A DNA stretch of 54,611 nucleotides, taken from assembly GCA_964461165.1 (NCBI GenBank), contig CAYWTC010000001.1, positions 1 to 54,611 of the forward strand, in the 5' to 3' direction. This document shows positions 34,667-44,508 of the stretch, in pieces; the first letter of the stretch is position 1; each line of letters begins with the position of its first letter. The position numbers were made by a program, and so were the translations under genes. The notes under the pieces were generated by a model. That model did no database searches, was not told the DNA's origin, and saw nothing but the letters and a program-made list of their open reading frames with translations. The stretch is from an uncultured Candidatus Saccharibacteria bacterium. GTDB taxonomy: Bacteria > Patescibacteriota > Minisyncoccia > Phycocordibacterales > UBA5272.

Positions 34667-34690
34667 GTACCGCTTCGGCGGTACTTTTTT
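34667..34690 (+). terminator. intrinsic terminator closing cassette G
   Basis: Stem gtaccgc/gcggtac with a TTCG loop, followed by TTTTTT. Its tail overlaps the trpS stop codon on the other strand. Confidence 0.7.
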
Positions 34691-35663
34691 ATAGCCCAAC
34701 CTGCTCTCTCACCTGCTTCATTGTTTCTTGTGCACGAACGCGCGCAACTTCTCCTCCTTGTTCTACTATACTTTGTATTTTTTCTGGATGAGCCATGAGG
34801 TCATCAAACACTTCTTTCTTTCCTGCACGCCAATTCATAATAGTAGCGAGCAATTCCTCTTTTGCTTCTTTGTACCCATAGCCACCATTCTCGAACTTCG
34901 CACGAAGTACGGCAACACCTGCCTCATCTAGAAAATGTTTATGAATATTAAAAATAGTATTCTCATCTGCATGTTTTACATCTTCTGGACGAGTCGAGTC
35001 CGTAACGATTCCCATAACCGCCTTTTTCACTTCTTCATCAGTTCCAAAGAGTGAGATGACATTCCCTTTACTCTTGCTCATCTTCGCACCGTCCACCCCA
35101 GGGATGGTAGCAACTGACTCTAAAATCATTTCTTTTGGAAGTTTAAACTGTTCTACATTCCATGCCCGATTATAAAATCCAGCAATATCACGCGCATATT
35201 CTACGTGCTGCTTTTGATCTGCCCCTACTGGTACCACGTCTGCCTGGTACATGAGAATATCTGCTGCCATGAGAACCGGATAATCAAAGAGTCCAATACT
35301 CACTTCTTTATCCTTTGCCTCATGATCTTTAAACGCATGCGCGCGCATAAGGTATGGCATTGTCACCACGTTATTAAACACCCATGCAAGTTCTGTATGC
35401 TCAGGCACAGACGACTGTCGGAAAAGTGCGGCTTTGGAAATATCTAGACCACACGCGATGTATGAAGCGGCAATTTCATACGCACTTTGAGAGAGTGCGT
35501 CTTTGTCTTTCACCGTAGTGAGCGCATGATAATCAGCAATAAAAATATATGACTGATACTCACCAGTATTTGCCAGATCAATATTCTGCTTCATCGCTCC
35601 GAAGTAATTTCCAAAGTGAAGCGTACCCGTCGCTTGAATTCCTGATACTAAAACTTTTTTCAT
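34689..35663 (-). CDS. trpS: tryptophan--tRNA ligase
   Basis: GTLHFGNYFG (HIGH-like) and KMSKS motifs. ATG 35663 is preferred over the ORF-track start at 35786. Confidence 0.9.
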   Translation of the reverse strand: MKKVLVSGIQATGTLHFGNYFGAMKQNIDLANTGEYQSYIFIADYHALTTVKDKDALSQSAYEIAASYIACGLDISKAALFRQSSVPEHTELAWVFNNVVTMPYLMRAHAFKDHEAKDKEVSIGLFDYPVLMAADILMYQADVVPVGADQKQHVEYARDIAGFYNRAWNVEQFKLPKEMILESVATIPGVDGAKMSKSKGNVISLFGTDEEVKKAVMGIVTDSTRPEDVKHADENTIFNIHKHFLDEAGVAVLRAKFENGGYGYKEAKEELLATIMNWRAGKKEVFDDLMAHPEKIQSIVEQGGEVARVRAQETMKQVREQVGL

Positions 35664-35664
35664 A

Positions 35665-36387
35665 CTACTTTTTAAAGTTAGCAAACCCTTGCAAGATTTC
35701 TGTTGGTATCGCCCAAACGGTATTGTTACTTGATTTCTCAATCGTCTGTAATGTACGCATTGCAAGCCCACCGTTTGTATCAGCAAGTAATTTAGCTGCT
35801 TCTGCTAATTTCTTCGAAGCTTCAAGCTCTCCTTCTGCGCGAATAATAACCGCACGTCGTTCTCGCTCTGACTCTGCCTGCTTTGCCATAATACGCTTCA
35901 TATCCTGTGGAAGCTCAATGTCTTGAAGCTTGATGGCGGTGATATTAATACCCCATGTTTCTGTGGTCGCATCAACTATTTCTTTTATCTTACCTGCTAT
36001 TTGCTCTCGTTCTGAAAGAACATTATCAAGCTCAAACCCTCCCACAACATCACATAACGCCACCTGAGAAAAGTCCGCCACGGCTACTGGGTAGTTCTGA
36101 ATATTAAGAATTGCTTTCTGTGCATCTTCGATTTGATAATACACAACGGCGTTAATATTAAGTGGCACGTTATCTTTTGTAATGACTTCTTGTTGAGGAA
36201 TATCAACTGTTGCGATGCGCATATCAACTTTCGTCATTTTTTGAATACCAGGAAATATCCACGTAAGTCCAGCACTTCGCATAGATGTAAACTTACCGAG
36301 CGTAAGAACAATCGCTCGCTCGTACTGATCAATCACACGAAGACCTCCTATAATAAAAATAAATCCAAACGGTATAATAAATTCCAT
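35665..36387 (-). CDS. SPFH/band-7 (stomatin/prohibitin-like) membrane protein
   Basis: N-terminal TM followed by an SPFH core (RVIDQYERAIVLTLGKF ... coiled-coil AEGELEA). Confidence 0.85.
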   Translation of the reverse strand: MEFIIPFGFIFIIGGLRVIDQYERAIVLTLGKFTSMRSAGLTWIFPGIQKMTKVDMRIATVDIPQQEVITKDNVPLNINAVVYYQIEDAQKAILNIQNYPVAVADFSQVALCDVVGGFELDNVLSEREQIAGKIKEIVDATTETWGINITAIKLQDIELPQDMKRIMAKQAESERERRAVIIRAEGELEASKKLAEAAKLLADTNGGLAMRTLQTIEKSSNNTVWAIPTEILQGFANFKK

Positions 36388-36395
36388 ATATTCAT

Positions 36396-36404
36396 ATTCT
36401 ACCA
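36396..36404 (-). promoter_or_regulatory. extended -10 element (TGGTAGAAT) of SPFH-trpS unit
   Basis: Lies 8 nt upstream of ATG 36387 on the minus strand. Confidence 0.5.
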
Positions 36405-36427
36405 CACTAGCACTATAGCTTGTACGC

Positions 36428-37837
36428 CTACATCACCTTTTCTTCTTTTTGAATAAATCTACCAATAATGGTACCAATAATCATTCCACAAGCAGATGCT
36501 ACGAATCCGACAAAGGTACTTGGAATATCTGAGGCTACGAAATGCTCCCAATACTGCCACATACCGAGTCCAGCAGTAATTGAAATAAGAGCTCCGAATG
36601 AATTTGCTTTTTTGCTGTACAATCCGACAGCAAGCGGGATAAACCCAGCCACAAGCGTCACTGAGTACGCCCCAGAGACAAGTTCATAAATACGAGCATC
36701 ATCTTTAAGGGCGAGAATGGTACCACCAAAAGCTATCGCAATAACCGCAATACGAATAATGCTCAATCGAAACTTGTCAGATATCTCACTAAAGAATGGT
36801 TTAATAACATTTTCCGCAAGGAGAGTTCCTGGAGCCAGAAGTGCGCCTGACGCCGTAGAGATAATAGCAGATACAAGGGCGCCAAAGAAAAGTACTTGCA
36901 CAATGAGCGGCGTGTGATCTTCGATAAGTGTAAGGACTAGATTTTGAGGATTAGTCGCTAAGACATCTGGATACAAAATACGTGCCGCACCTGCAATAAA
37001 CAGCGGCATAAGCACGACACTAAAATAAAGAAGGCCTCCGACCACAGGTGCCCATACCGAGACCGTAGCCGACTTTGCAGACATCGCTCGCTGGTACACA
37101 TCTTGCTGAGGAATAGATCCAAAACCAATTGTCATGAGCGCGGTCACAAATATAACCCACTCTGTGAGAGAACTCGACATCTGTGGCGTCACCCTCCAAA
37201 ACTCTGGCGGTGTCTGTGCGACAAGCATATCAATACCTCCGATTTTTGACATCGCGTATGCAAACACAACACCCAAGCCAAGTGTAATAACTACTACTTG
37301 AATTGTGTCGAGCATTGCAACAGAATACATACCACCAAAGAATGTATACATCGTCACAAGCGCTGCGGCAAATAAAATAGCCCACTGTAAAGATAGCGCA
37401 GGTATGACCGTAGAGAGTACGAGTCCAAGTGCCAAAAATTGCGCCGCCACCCATCCAAAGTAACTAATAATAATAGAGATGGATAAAAATATCGCAATAA
37501 TCGTGTTATAACGAGACTTAAAATAATCTCCAATAGTAAGAAAACTAAGATTATACAACTTACGATTAAAAAATAATCCGGCAATAATTAAACAGAGTGC
37601 CGCACCAAAAGGATCCTCGATAACATTCCCAAAACCACCTTCTGCAAACTTAGTCGATGCTCCTAAAATAGACTCTGATCCAAACCATGTTGCAAACACC
37701 GTAGCAAGCGCCATATAAAACGGAAGAGATCTGCCAGCCAAAACATAGTCCCCGGTGCTTTTTACTTTTCTACTGGCATACAAACCAACAGGAATCATAA
37801 CAAGCACATACGCAATAACACATAATGCTAAAATCAT
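36428..37837 (-). CDS. sodium:solute symporter (SSS) family transporter
   Basis: 469 aa, about 13 TM segments, SSS-type N-terminal motif (GRSLPFYMALATVFATWFGSES). Confidence 0.85.
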   Translation of the reverse strand: MILALCVIAYVLVMIPVGLYASRKVKSTGDYVLAGRSLPFYMALATVFATWFGSESILGASTKFAEGGFGNVIEDPFGAALCLIIAGLFFNRKLYNLSFLTIGDYFKSRYNTIIAIFLSISIIISYFGWVAAQFLALGLVLSTVIPALSLQWAILFAAALVTMYTFFGGMYSVAMLDTIQVVVITLGLGVVFAYAMSKIGGIDMLVAQTPPEFWRVTPQMSSSLTEWVIFVTALMTIGFGSIPQQDVYQRAMSAKSATVSVWAPVVGGLLYFSVVLMPLFIAGAARILYPDVLATNPQNLVLTLIEDHTPLIVQVLFFGALVSAIISTASGALLAPGTLLAENVIKPFFSEISDKFRLSIIRIAVIAIAFGGTILALKDDARIYELVSGAYSVTLVAGFIPLAVGLYSKKANSFGALISITAGLGMWQYWEHFVASDIPSTFVGFVASACGMIIGTIIGRFIQKEEKVM

Positions 37838-37885
37838 AGTATAGATAGTTAAAGTATATAAACTAGTTTATACCATAAGAACCAA

Positions 37886-37920
37886 AAGGAAAGGGCGGCG
37901 CTTCGCGCCGCCCTTTCCTT
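37886..37920 (-). terminator. intrinsic terminator after dnaJ
   Basis: 15-bp stem aaggaaagggcggcg/cgccgccctttcctt. Confidence 0.7.
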
Positions 37921-37941
37921 TACCTAAGGACTCATCACCTA

Positions 37942-39024
37942 TTAGAGCCCTTCTTCTTTCATTTCCTCGACAAGCTTAAGGGCTTTCTTAGAGAGTTTCT
38001 TTGGCATAGCAATGTCGAGCTTTACCAAAACATCACCTCGTCGAGACTTTTCGTGGAGGTGTGGAATACCACGACCCTTAACACGTAATGTCTCTCCTGC
38101 TGATACCCCCGCAGGAACATCGATATCGATACTTCCGTCTAGTCCATCAATACTTTGCTTCATACCTAGAAGGGCATCGGTAAGTTTAATGCTGTGTTTT
38201 ATCACAAGATCATTCCCTTCTCGCTTCCAAATCTTGTCTGCTTGAACATTAATCTTCACATAAAGGTCTCCGTGTTGACCATGAGCGACTGCTTCACCCA
38301 TATGTGACATACGAATCATTTCACCATTTTGAATTCCCGCTGGTACCTCGATATGAATCTCTTCTCGCTTACTATGAATCCCAGCACCGTGACATGTATG
38401 ACACGCTTCTTTTGGAACAGTTCCTTTACCGTGGCAATGCTCACATGTTTTGACGGTTTGAAAGTTACCCATAATAGTACGCTTCACGTCGTGAACCTTT
38501 CCTTGCCCATTACAGTGAGTACAGGTAATAGTACCCGCACCTTTTGCAGCTCCTGTTCCCTGACATGTGTCACATGTACCAACTTTTGAAATCAAAACAT
38601 TACGCTCAGTTCCAAAAACAGACTCTTTAAATGAAACATCTATTTCAAGAGAAATATCTCGTCCTCGCTGTGCACGTGATCCACCACCAAACGCACCCCC
38701 AAACATATCTCCAAACACGTCTCCAAGGTCACCAAAATCAAACTGCATACCGTCGAAGTCAGAGGCATTAAAACCACCGAACCCTCCAAAGCCTCCACCT
38801 TGTGGACCAGCACCGTTAAATGTCTGTCCGTAGGTATCATACTCTCGACGCTTCTTGTCATCAGACAATATCTGATACGCTTCATTCACCTCTTTAAACT
38901 TTGACTCGTCACCTCCTTTTTTATCAGGGTGGTACTTTGCGGCAAGTTTATAGAAGGCTTTTTTAATATCCTCTTTCTTTGCCCCCTTATCAATCCCCAG
39001 TACGTCGTAGTAATTTTTTGACAT
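37942..39024 (-). CDS. dnaJ: molecular chaperone DnaJ
   Basis: J domain with HPD, a G/F-rich region, and four CxxCxGxG zinc-finger repeats. Confidence 0.95.
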   Translation of the reverse strand: MSKNYYDVLGIDKGAKKEDIKKAFYKLAAKYHPDKKGGDESKFKEVNEAYQILSDDKKRREYDTYGQTFNGAGPQGGGFGGFGGFNASDFDGMQFDFGDLGDVFGDMFGGAFGGGSRAQRGRDISLEIDVSFKESVFGTERNVLISKVGTCDTCQGTGAAKGAGTITCTHCNGQGKVHDVKRTIMGNFQTVKTCEHCHGKGTVPKEACHTCHGAGIHSKREEIHIEVPAGIQNGEMIRMSHMGEAVAHGQHGDLYVKINVQADKIWKREGNDLVIKHSIKLTDALLGMKQSIDGLDGSIDIDVPAGVSAGETLRVKGRGIPHLHEKSRRGDVLVKLDIAMPKKLSKKALKLVEEMKEEGL

Positions 39025-39073
39025 AGATGTACCTTGTTATAGCACGTTTATGGCTACACGGTCAAAACAGCAC

Positions 39074-40984
39074 TTACTCCGCCTTCTTCTCGCCCCCTTC
39101 TGTCTCCTGGCTAGCACTTTCTGTTGACGATTCCTTAGCGTCTGACGTCTGAGCGCCTCCCTCTGTCTGCCCTTTCATTGCTTCACCGATCTTCATCATT
39201 GCTTGTGAAAGATCATCTGACGCCTTCTTGATGGCTTCACTGTTATCTCCATTGCGAGCTGTCTTAAGTACTTCTATTTTCGCATTCACGTCTGCTTTAA
39301 TAGTAGCAAAAGCATCCTCAGCACCTTCCGCAGGAGCAGGAAGATCTCGAAGAGCTTTTTCTGCTGTGTGGACAAGCATATCCGCAGTATTTTTCTCTTC
39401 TGCGAGCTCTTTCTTTTTCTTGTCTTCATCTGCATGAGCTTCTGCGTCTTGCTGCATACGCTTAATATCTTCGTCAGAAAGACCACTTGATGCTTCGATA
39501 CGAATTGACTGTACCTTGCCTGATGATTTTTCTTTTGCAGAAACATTTAAGATACCGTTAGCATCCACATCAAATGTTACTTCTACCTGTGGCATACCAC
39601 GAGGAGATGGCGGAATACCATCGAGAATAAATTTACCAAGGGACTTATTATCAGATGCCATAGGTCGCTCACCTTGAATAATGTGAATCTCTACAGATGT
39701 CTGATTGTCGGCCGCAGTAGAAAACGTCTGCGACTTTGCTGTTGGTATTGTTGTATTTTTTTCAACTAATTTCGTAGCAACGCCTCCCATTGTCTCAATC
39801 GAGAGTGACAGCGGGATAACATCAAGCAGCAATACATCTTTTACATCACCCTGAAGCACACCAGCTTGTACCGCAGCACCGAGCGCCACCACTTCATCTG
39901 GATTGATTGAGCGATTTGGCTCCTTACCAAAGAGTGCCTTCACTGCTTCCACAATCATTGGCATACGGGTCTGACCTCCCACCATAATGATTTCGTCAAT
40001 TTCCTCTTTCTTAAATGGAGAACTTGCAAGTGCTCGCTGTGTGATTTCGATTGATCGATCAACAAATTCTTTTGCAATCTCTTCGAGCTTTGCGCGAGTC
40101 ACTTTGATAAGCAAGTGCTTTGGCCCATCAGCGCCAGAGGTGATAAAAGGAATATTAATTTCCGTTTCCATCTGAGTAGAGAGCTCGTGCTTTGCTTTTT
40201 CTGCTGCTTCGTCGAGTCGCTGAAGTGCGAGCGGATCAGTAGTAACGTCAATCCCCTGATCTTTCTTAAACTCATCAGCAATGTAGCGAACAAACTTCTG
40301 ATCAATATCACGTCCACCAAGATGTGAGTCGCCATCCACTGACTTTACTTCCACCACACCATCACCCACTTCGAGAATTGAAATATCAAATGTACCTCCC
40401 CCAAAGTCATATACTGCGATTTTCTCATTCTTTGTAGAGTTAAATCCATATGCAAGCGCAGCAGCAGTAGGTTCTGGAATAATACGCTTTACATCAAGGC
40501 CGGCGATCTTACCTGCATCCACAGTTGCTTGACGCTGTGTATCGTTGAAATATGCTGGGACGGTAATAATAGCCTCTGTGACAGTCTCACCTATTTTTGC
40601 TTCGACGTCCGCTTTAATTTTCTGAAGAATCATCGCAGAAATTTCTTCTGGGCGAGAATCTTTCCCACCAAGCGTAATAAGTACACCTCCGTTATCAGAG
40701 CTCTTAATCTTATATGCGACACGCGGAATATCAGACTGTACTTCCTTGTCGGCAAATGAGTGACCCATAAAACGCTTCACACCGTACACAGTGTTTTCTG
40801 GATTTGTCACCGCTTGGCGCTTTGCAATCTGGCCAACAGACCGCTCACCGTTTTTGTTTACCGAGACAACACTCGGTGTCGTGCGATTACCTTCGAGGTT
40901 TTCGATAATCTTTGGCTGTCCTGCTTCAATAATCGCGACAGCTGAGTTTGTTGTTCCTAGATCGATTCCAATTATTTTTGCCAT
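39074..40984 (-). CDS. dnaK: molecular chaperone DnaK (Hsp70)
   Basis: GIDLGTTNS and DFGGGTFD motifs. 636 aa. Confidence 0.95.
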   Translation of the reverse strand: MAKIIGIDLGTTNSAVAIIEAGQPKIIENLEGNRTTPSVVSVNKNGERSVGQIAKRQAVTNPENTVYGVKRFMGHSFADKEVQSDIPRVAYKIKSSDNGGVLITLGGKDSRPEEISAMILQKIKADVEAKIGETVTEAIITVPAYFNDTQRQATVDAGKIAGLDVKRIIPEPTAAALAYGFNSTKNEKIAVYDFGGGTFDISILEVGDGVVEVKSVDGDSHLGGRDIDQKFVRYIADEFKKDQGIDVTTDPLALQRLDEAAEKAKHELSTQMETEINIPFITSGADGPKHLLIKVTRAKLEEIAKEFVDRSIEITQRALASSPFKKEEIDEIIMVGGQTRMPMIVEAVKALFGKEPNRSINPDEVVALGAAVQAGVLQGDVKDVLLLDVIPLSLSIETMGGVATKLVEKNTTIPTAKSQTFSTAADNQTSVEIHIIQGERPMASDNKSLGKFILDGIPPSPRGMPQVEVTFDVDANGILNVSAKEKSSGKVQSIRIEASSGLSDEDIKRMQQDAEAHADEDKKKKELAEEKNTADMLVHTAEKALRDLPAPAEGAEDAFATIKADVNAKIEVLKTARNGDNSEAIKKASDDLSQAMMKIGEAMKGQTEGGAQTSDAKESSTESASQETEGGEKKAE

Positions 40985-41020
40985 ATGTATAGTTGGTAGT
41001 TAATTATTAGTAGTTTATAG

Positions 41021-41641
41021 TTAATTCTTTTCAAAGTGACCTACATGCACACGAGCTGGTCGCAATATTGCATCATTCATTTTATAACCATTCTGGAGAA
41101 TGCGTACGATTGTATCATTCTGACTCTCATCTGAGACTGTAACTTGCTCCATACTTTCATGCAGATGTGGGTCAAATGTGTCTCCAATCTTTCCATACTG
41201 AACAACTCCTTCGTTTTCAAGCACGGTACGTAGCTGGCCGAAAATATATTCGATACCAACCCTCCAGTTCTGGTCAACTTTTTCCCAGGCTTCTTTGTTC
41301 CCATGCGCCATGTCATATGAGTCGAGAACTGGTAGCAGATTCTCTATAAACTTCTTTGTTGCAAATTTTCTGTCGGTAAGACGATCACGCTCAACTTCTT
41401 TCTTAAAATTTACATAGTCCGCCTGAGCGCGAGCCCATCCGAGCTGATTATCTTGTTTTTCTTTTTCTAAATTCTGTATTTTGGCTCGAAGCTTCTTTAC
41501 CGTGTCTCGTACACTTATTTCACCATCTTCATTAACATCTTCAAATGCAACATCATCGTCTATAGTAGTATCTGTAACCGGTTCGTCAGTCATATCTGGA
41601 TGTACTTTAATATTCTCGTGTTCTTCATTGTTCATATTCAT
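41021..41641 (-). CDS. grpE: nucleotide exchange factor GrpE
   Basis: GrpE C-terminal pattern (FDPHLHESMEQV ... RPARVHV). ATG 41641 or 41635 is preferred, because the ORF-track start overlaps the promoter. Confidence 0.9.
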   Translation of the reverse strand: MNMNNEEHENIKVHPDMTDEPVTDTTIDDDVAFEDVNEDGEISVRDTVKKLRAKIQNLEKEKQDNQLGWARAQADYVNFKKEVERDRLTDRKFATKKFIENLLPVLDSYDMAHGNKEAWEKVDQNWRVGIEYIFGQLRTVLENEGVVQYGKIGDTFDPHLHESMEQVTVSDESQNDTIVRILQNGYKMNDAILRPARVHVGHFEKN

Positions 41642-41658
41642 TTCAAGGTTACCCTTTA

Positions 41659-41687
41659 TATATAAACGATACGCCCTCACATGTCAA
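41659..41687 (-). promoter_or_regulatory. sigma-70-type promoter of grpE-dnaK-dnaJ
   Basis: Minus strand: TTGACA (41687-41682), 17-nt spacer, TATATA (41664-41659). No CIRCE inverted repeat seen. Confidence 0.6.
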
Positions 41688-41690
41688 GAA

Positions 41691-41726
41691 GAAACCGCCA
41701 CAGGTATTCTGGGATACCTGTGGCGG
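41691..41726 (-). terminator. intrinsic terminator of cassette H
   Basis: 13-bp stem ccgccacaggtat/atacctgtggcgg, followed on the minus strand by UUUCUUCUU. Confidence 0.7.
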
Positions 41727-41732
41727 GATACT

Positions 41733-42050
41733 TTACGCGGCTGTGTGCCGTTCATTGGTCCGGCGAGCCACGCGCCGCATAAAAAGTACGACGTGGCTCT
41801 GTGTGCTATTCACGGCTTGACGTGCCTTTGTTTCGCGAGGAATTTGATCACTCTGGTCAACAAAGTGCCCGTATCCAACCCAGCCGTGAGCGCGCGTCTC
41901 GTCGCGAGTCACCCTGGGTTTGTCTGCCAAAGCTGCCAGTGCGCTTACGTTGACACAACCACGCTCCACAGAACCAGGACACTCCCCTGCGCGAATGCGA
42001 CTATGACACTCGGCATTATTGACATACGGTAATGAACAACTATCGGACAT
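41733..42050 (-). CDS. hypothetical Cys-rich protein, 105 aa (GC-rich cassette H)
   Basis: AAGGAG (42056-42061) lies 5 nt upstream of the ATG. GC-rich (39/60 at 41881-41940). Four Cys in the first 32 residues. No family recognised. Confidence 0.55.
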   Translation of the reverse strand: MSDSCSLPYVNNAECHSRIRAGECPGSVERGCVNVSALAALADKPRVTRDETRAHGWVGYGHFVDQSDQIPRETKARQAVNSTQSHVVLFMRRVARRTNERHTAA

Positions 42051-42080
42051 GCTATCTCCTTCATAAAGTCCGTTTAAAAT

Positions 42081-42112
42081 AAAACCAGCCCTTTTACCTC
42101 AGGGCTGGTTTT
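42081..42112. terminator. bidirectional-looking hairpin upstream of cassette H
   Basis: Stem aaaaccagccc/gggctggtttt, with A and T runs on both sides. Confidence 0.6.
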
Positions 42113-42251
42113 TGGCTACACGATGAGTATAAACAAAAATCAACCCTGAGAAGAAGGGGTAAACAGCGTCCACACGCGCTTAATATTTTGTCGCTGGTTG
42201 ATTAATGTCATCATTACTATCTAATGTAGCAAAGGAAGAGCATGGATGTCA

Positions 42252-42281
42252 AGAAAATAAAAACATCTCCCGGAGGAGATG
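42252..42281 (-). terminator. intrinsic terminator after rpsI
   Basis: Minus-strand stem caucucc/ggagaug with loop UCCG, followed by UUUUUAUUUU. Confidence 0.7.
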
Positions 42282-42290
42282 CTTTTATGA

Positions 42291-42698
42291 TTAACGCTTT
42301 GACCAAGTTGGAGCCTTACGAGCTTTCTTCAAACCGAATTTCTTTCGTTCTACCTGACGTGAGTCACGCTTTAAGAATCCGAGTTTCTTTAATGTATTAC
42401 GCACTTCTTCGTTACGAAGAACAAGTGTACGTGAAAGTCCATGACGAACAGCTTCCGCTTGTGCATGAATACCTCCACCAAGAACCTTAACGGTAATGAC
42501 AAACTTCTCACCAATCTCAGATTTTGTTACCGCTTCTTCTGCGACTGACTGAAGGTCAGCTGTCTGGAAATATTCCTTAACGTCTTTATCGTTTACGGTA
42601 AAAGATGCTTTTGTTCCAGGAGTAATACGTACGCGAGCAATTGCTGTCTTACGGCGCCCTACGGCTTCAATATATCGATTCTTTGTTTCTGTGCTCAT
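42291..42698 (-). CDS. rpsI: 30S ribosomal protein S9
   Basis: GRRKTAIARV and C-terminal KKARKAPTWSKR. Confidence 0.95.
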   Translation of the reverse strand: MSTETKNRYIEAVGRRKTAIARVRITPGTKASFTVNDKDVKEYFQTADLQSVAEEAVTKSEIGEKFVITVKVLGGGIHAQAEAVRHGLSRTLVLRNEEVRNTLKKLGFLKRDSRQVERKKFGLKKARKAPTWSKR

Positions 42699-42702
42699 AC
42701 GT

Positions 42703-43050
42703 TTATTCTTCTACTACTAAATTCTTCATACGAACATCCTGTAACTTGTTCTTAGGAAGCATACCTTTAACTGCATGACGGATAATTTCTGAAAATCCCT
42801 TGTTAGCAGCTACGTATGAAAGAGGTCGCTCTTTCAAACCAGATGGGTATCCAGAAAAAGACTTATGAACGATTTCATTCATCTTATTACCAGTTACTTT
42901 TACCTGTGAGGCGTTTTTAACCGTTACAAGAACGTCAACGACTCTATTTTTTACAAACGCAATATTATCTTTCGCATTCAAAATTGCAGCAATTTCACTT
43001 GCAACACGTCCGAGAGATTTATTACTTGCGTCAATGGTGTATTCTTTCAT
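42703..43050 (-). CDS. rplM: 50S ribosomal protein L13
   Basis: SLGRVASEIAAIL and GMLPKNKL motifs. ATG 43050 is preferred over the ORF-track start at 43137. Confidence 0.9.
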   Translation of the reverse strand: MKEYTIDASNKSLGRVASEIAAILNAKDNIAFVKNRVVDVLVTVKNASQVKVTGNKMNEIVHKSFSGYPSGLKERPLSYVAANKGFSEIIRHAVKGMLPKNKLQDVRMKNLVVEE

Positions 43051-43060
43051 GGTAGTACTA

Positions 43061-43414
43061 TTATACGAATTCAATAAGGGCCTTTTCTGCGCCATCAGAA
43101 CTACGAGTTGGTAAGTGAAAAATACGAGTATATCCACCAGCTACATCCTTGTACTTCTTTGCATAGTCATTGAAAATTTTTGTCACAACTTCATCGTTGT
43201 TGTACACACGAGCCGCAATAAGGCGGCGACGTGCCACAGAATCCTCTTTTGCGAGCGTGACGAGCTTTTCAATAAATGGACGAACTTCCTTTGCACGAGC
43301 AAGGGTTGTTTCCATTCTTCCGTGACGAACAAGGTTCATAATAAGAGACTTAATGAACGCTTTACGCTCGTTTTTCTCGCGACCGAATTTTCTGAATGAC
43401 TTGTGATGCTTCAT
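43061..43414 (-). CDS. rplQ: 50S ribosomal protein L17
   Basis: MKHHKSFRKFGR ... GGYTRI pattern. Confidence 0.95.
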   Translation of the reverse strand: MKHHKSFRKFGREKNERKAFIKSLIMNLVRHGRMETTLARAKEVRPFIEKLVTLAKEDSVARRRLIAARVYNNDEVVTKIFNDYAKKYKDVAGGYTRIFHLPTRSSDGAEKALIEFV

Positions 43415-43437
43415 ACCTGTGTTATAACCCTAATAAT

Positions 43438-44388
43438 TTATTTAAGTGAGAGTCCAAGATTCTCAAGTGCCTGCTTGATTTCTGTTATCCCTTTTTCTCC
43501 AAGACCGTCAATTGATCGAAGATCTTCTTCTGACTTTCGACTAAGACCTCCGGCTGTACGGACAGACGCTGCAACGAGAGCATTTTCTGTGCGAGTAGAA
43601 AGACCGATATCTTCAATGCGAGTCTTTGCACCACCTTCTTCAATATCTTCAATAGATGGAGCAACCACTGCTTCTACATGTGCCTCTACAACCTCTGAAC
43701 GAAAGCCTACAATTGCTTGAAGCTGCGTAACCATGGCATGTATAGCATGTTCTAGAGCTTCGCGAGGAGAGATAGTTCCATCTGTCTCGATAGACACACG
43801 AAGACGGTTATGATCTGTACGATCACCGACACGCATATTTTCTACTTCATATGAAGCACGACGGATAGGTGTAAATGATGCATCCAAAACGATAGTACCA
43901 ATATCAGCCTTTTCTTTTTGAAGCACCTCACGAGGAACGTATCCAAGACCCTTTTCTACAGTAATCTCAATTGCGAGGTCAACATCTTTTGATGTGACAT
44001 CACAAATGTACTGATCACCATTCATAACCTCAAGCTGAGTTGGTACAGTAATATCAGCAGCAGTGACCGTCTTTAATCCCTTAATACGAAGTGTTGCTTT
44101 CTGTGGCTCATCACCATGAAGCTTAAAACGTGTCTTCTTAAGATTAAGGATAATAGAGATAACGTCTTCCTTGATACCGTCAATAGCAGAAAACTCGTGT
44201 TTAACACCATCGATAGACAAAGATGTAATAGCAGCACCAGGAATTGAAGAGAGGATAATACGGCGGAGTGAGTTACCAAGAGTATGTCCATACCCTGGAT
44301 ACAAACCGTCGATTTCGTAGACGCCTGATGTGGCATCCTCTTTAACTACTCTTGGTTTTGAAGGCAAAATAATAGAATGTGAAGACAT
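43438..44388 (-). CDS. rpoA: DNA-directed RNA polymerase subunit alpha
   Basis: GHTLGNSLRR N-terminal-domain motif and a C-terminal HhH domain (LSTRTENAL ... GEKGITEI). ATG 44388 preferred. Confidence 0.95.
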   Translation of the reverse strand: MSSHSIILPSKPRVVKEDATSGVYEIDGLYPGYGHTLGNSLRRIILSSIPGAAITSLSIDGVKHEFSAIDGIKEDVISIILNLKKTRFKLHGDEPQKATLRIKGLKTVTAADITVPTQLEVMNGDQYICDVTSKDVDLAIEITVEKGLGYVPREVLQKEKADIGTIVLDASFTPIRRASYEVENMRVGDRTDHNRLRVSIETDGTISPREALEHAIHAMVTQLQAIVGFRSEVVEAHVEAVVAPSIEDIEEGGAKTRIEDIGLSTRTENALVAASVRTAGGLSRKSEEDLRSIDGLGEKGITEIKQALENLGLSLK

Positions 44389-44508
44389 AGATACTTCGTC
44401 GTATTGTACGTTTAAGCGCACGCGGTACACCTAATAAAAGTAAAGTCCTTGTATTCTACCAAATTATTGCGCATATGGCAAGGATGTGGTAGTGGGACAT
44501 TTCCACAC

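Noticed and set aside
34446-34690. A possible tmRNA or other housekeeping RNA, because the segment begins GGGGCUGG and is GC-rich and structured.
   Set aside because: There is no tRNA-like 3' end (no GGUUCGA-type T-arm or CCA context). I saw no RNase P (GAGGAAAGUCC) or convincing SRP domain IV motif. The first part also overlaps an SD-led ORF.
42242-42490. 82-aa plus-strand ORF.
   Set aside because: It is antisense to the well-supported rpsI gene and its terminator, and has no independent signals.
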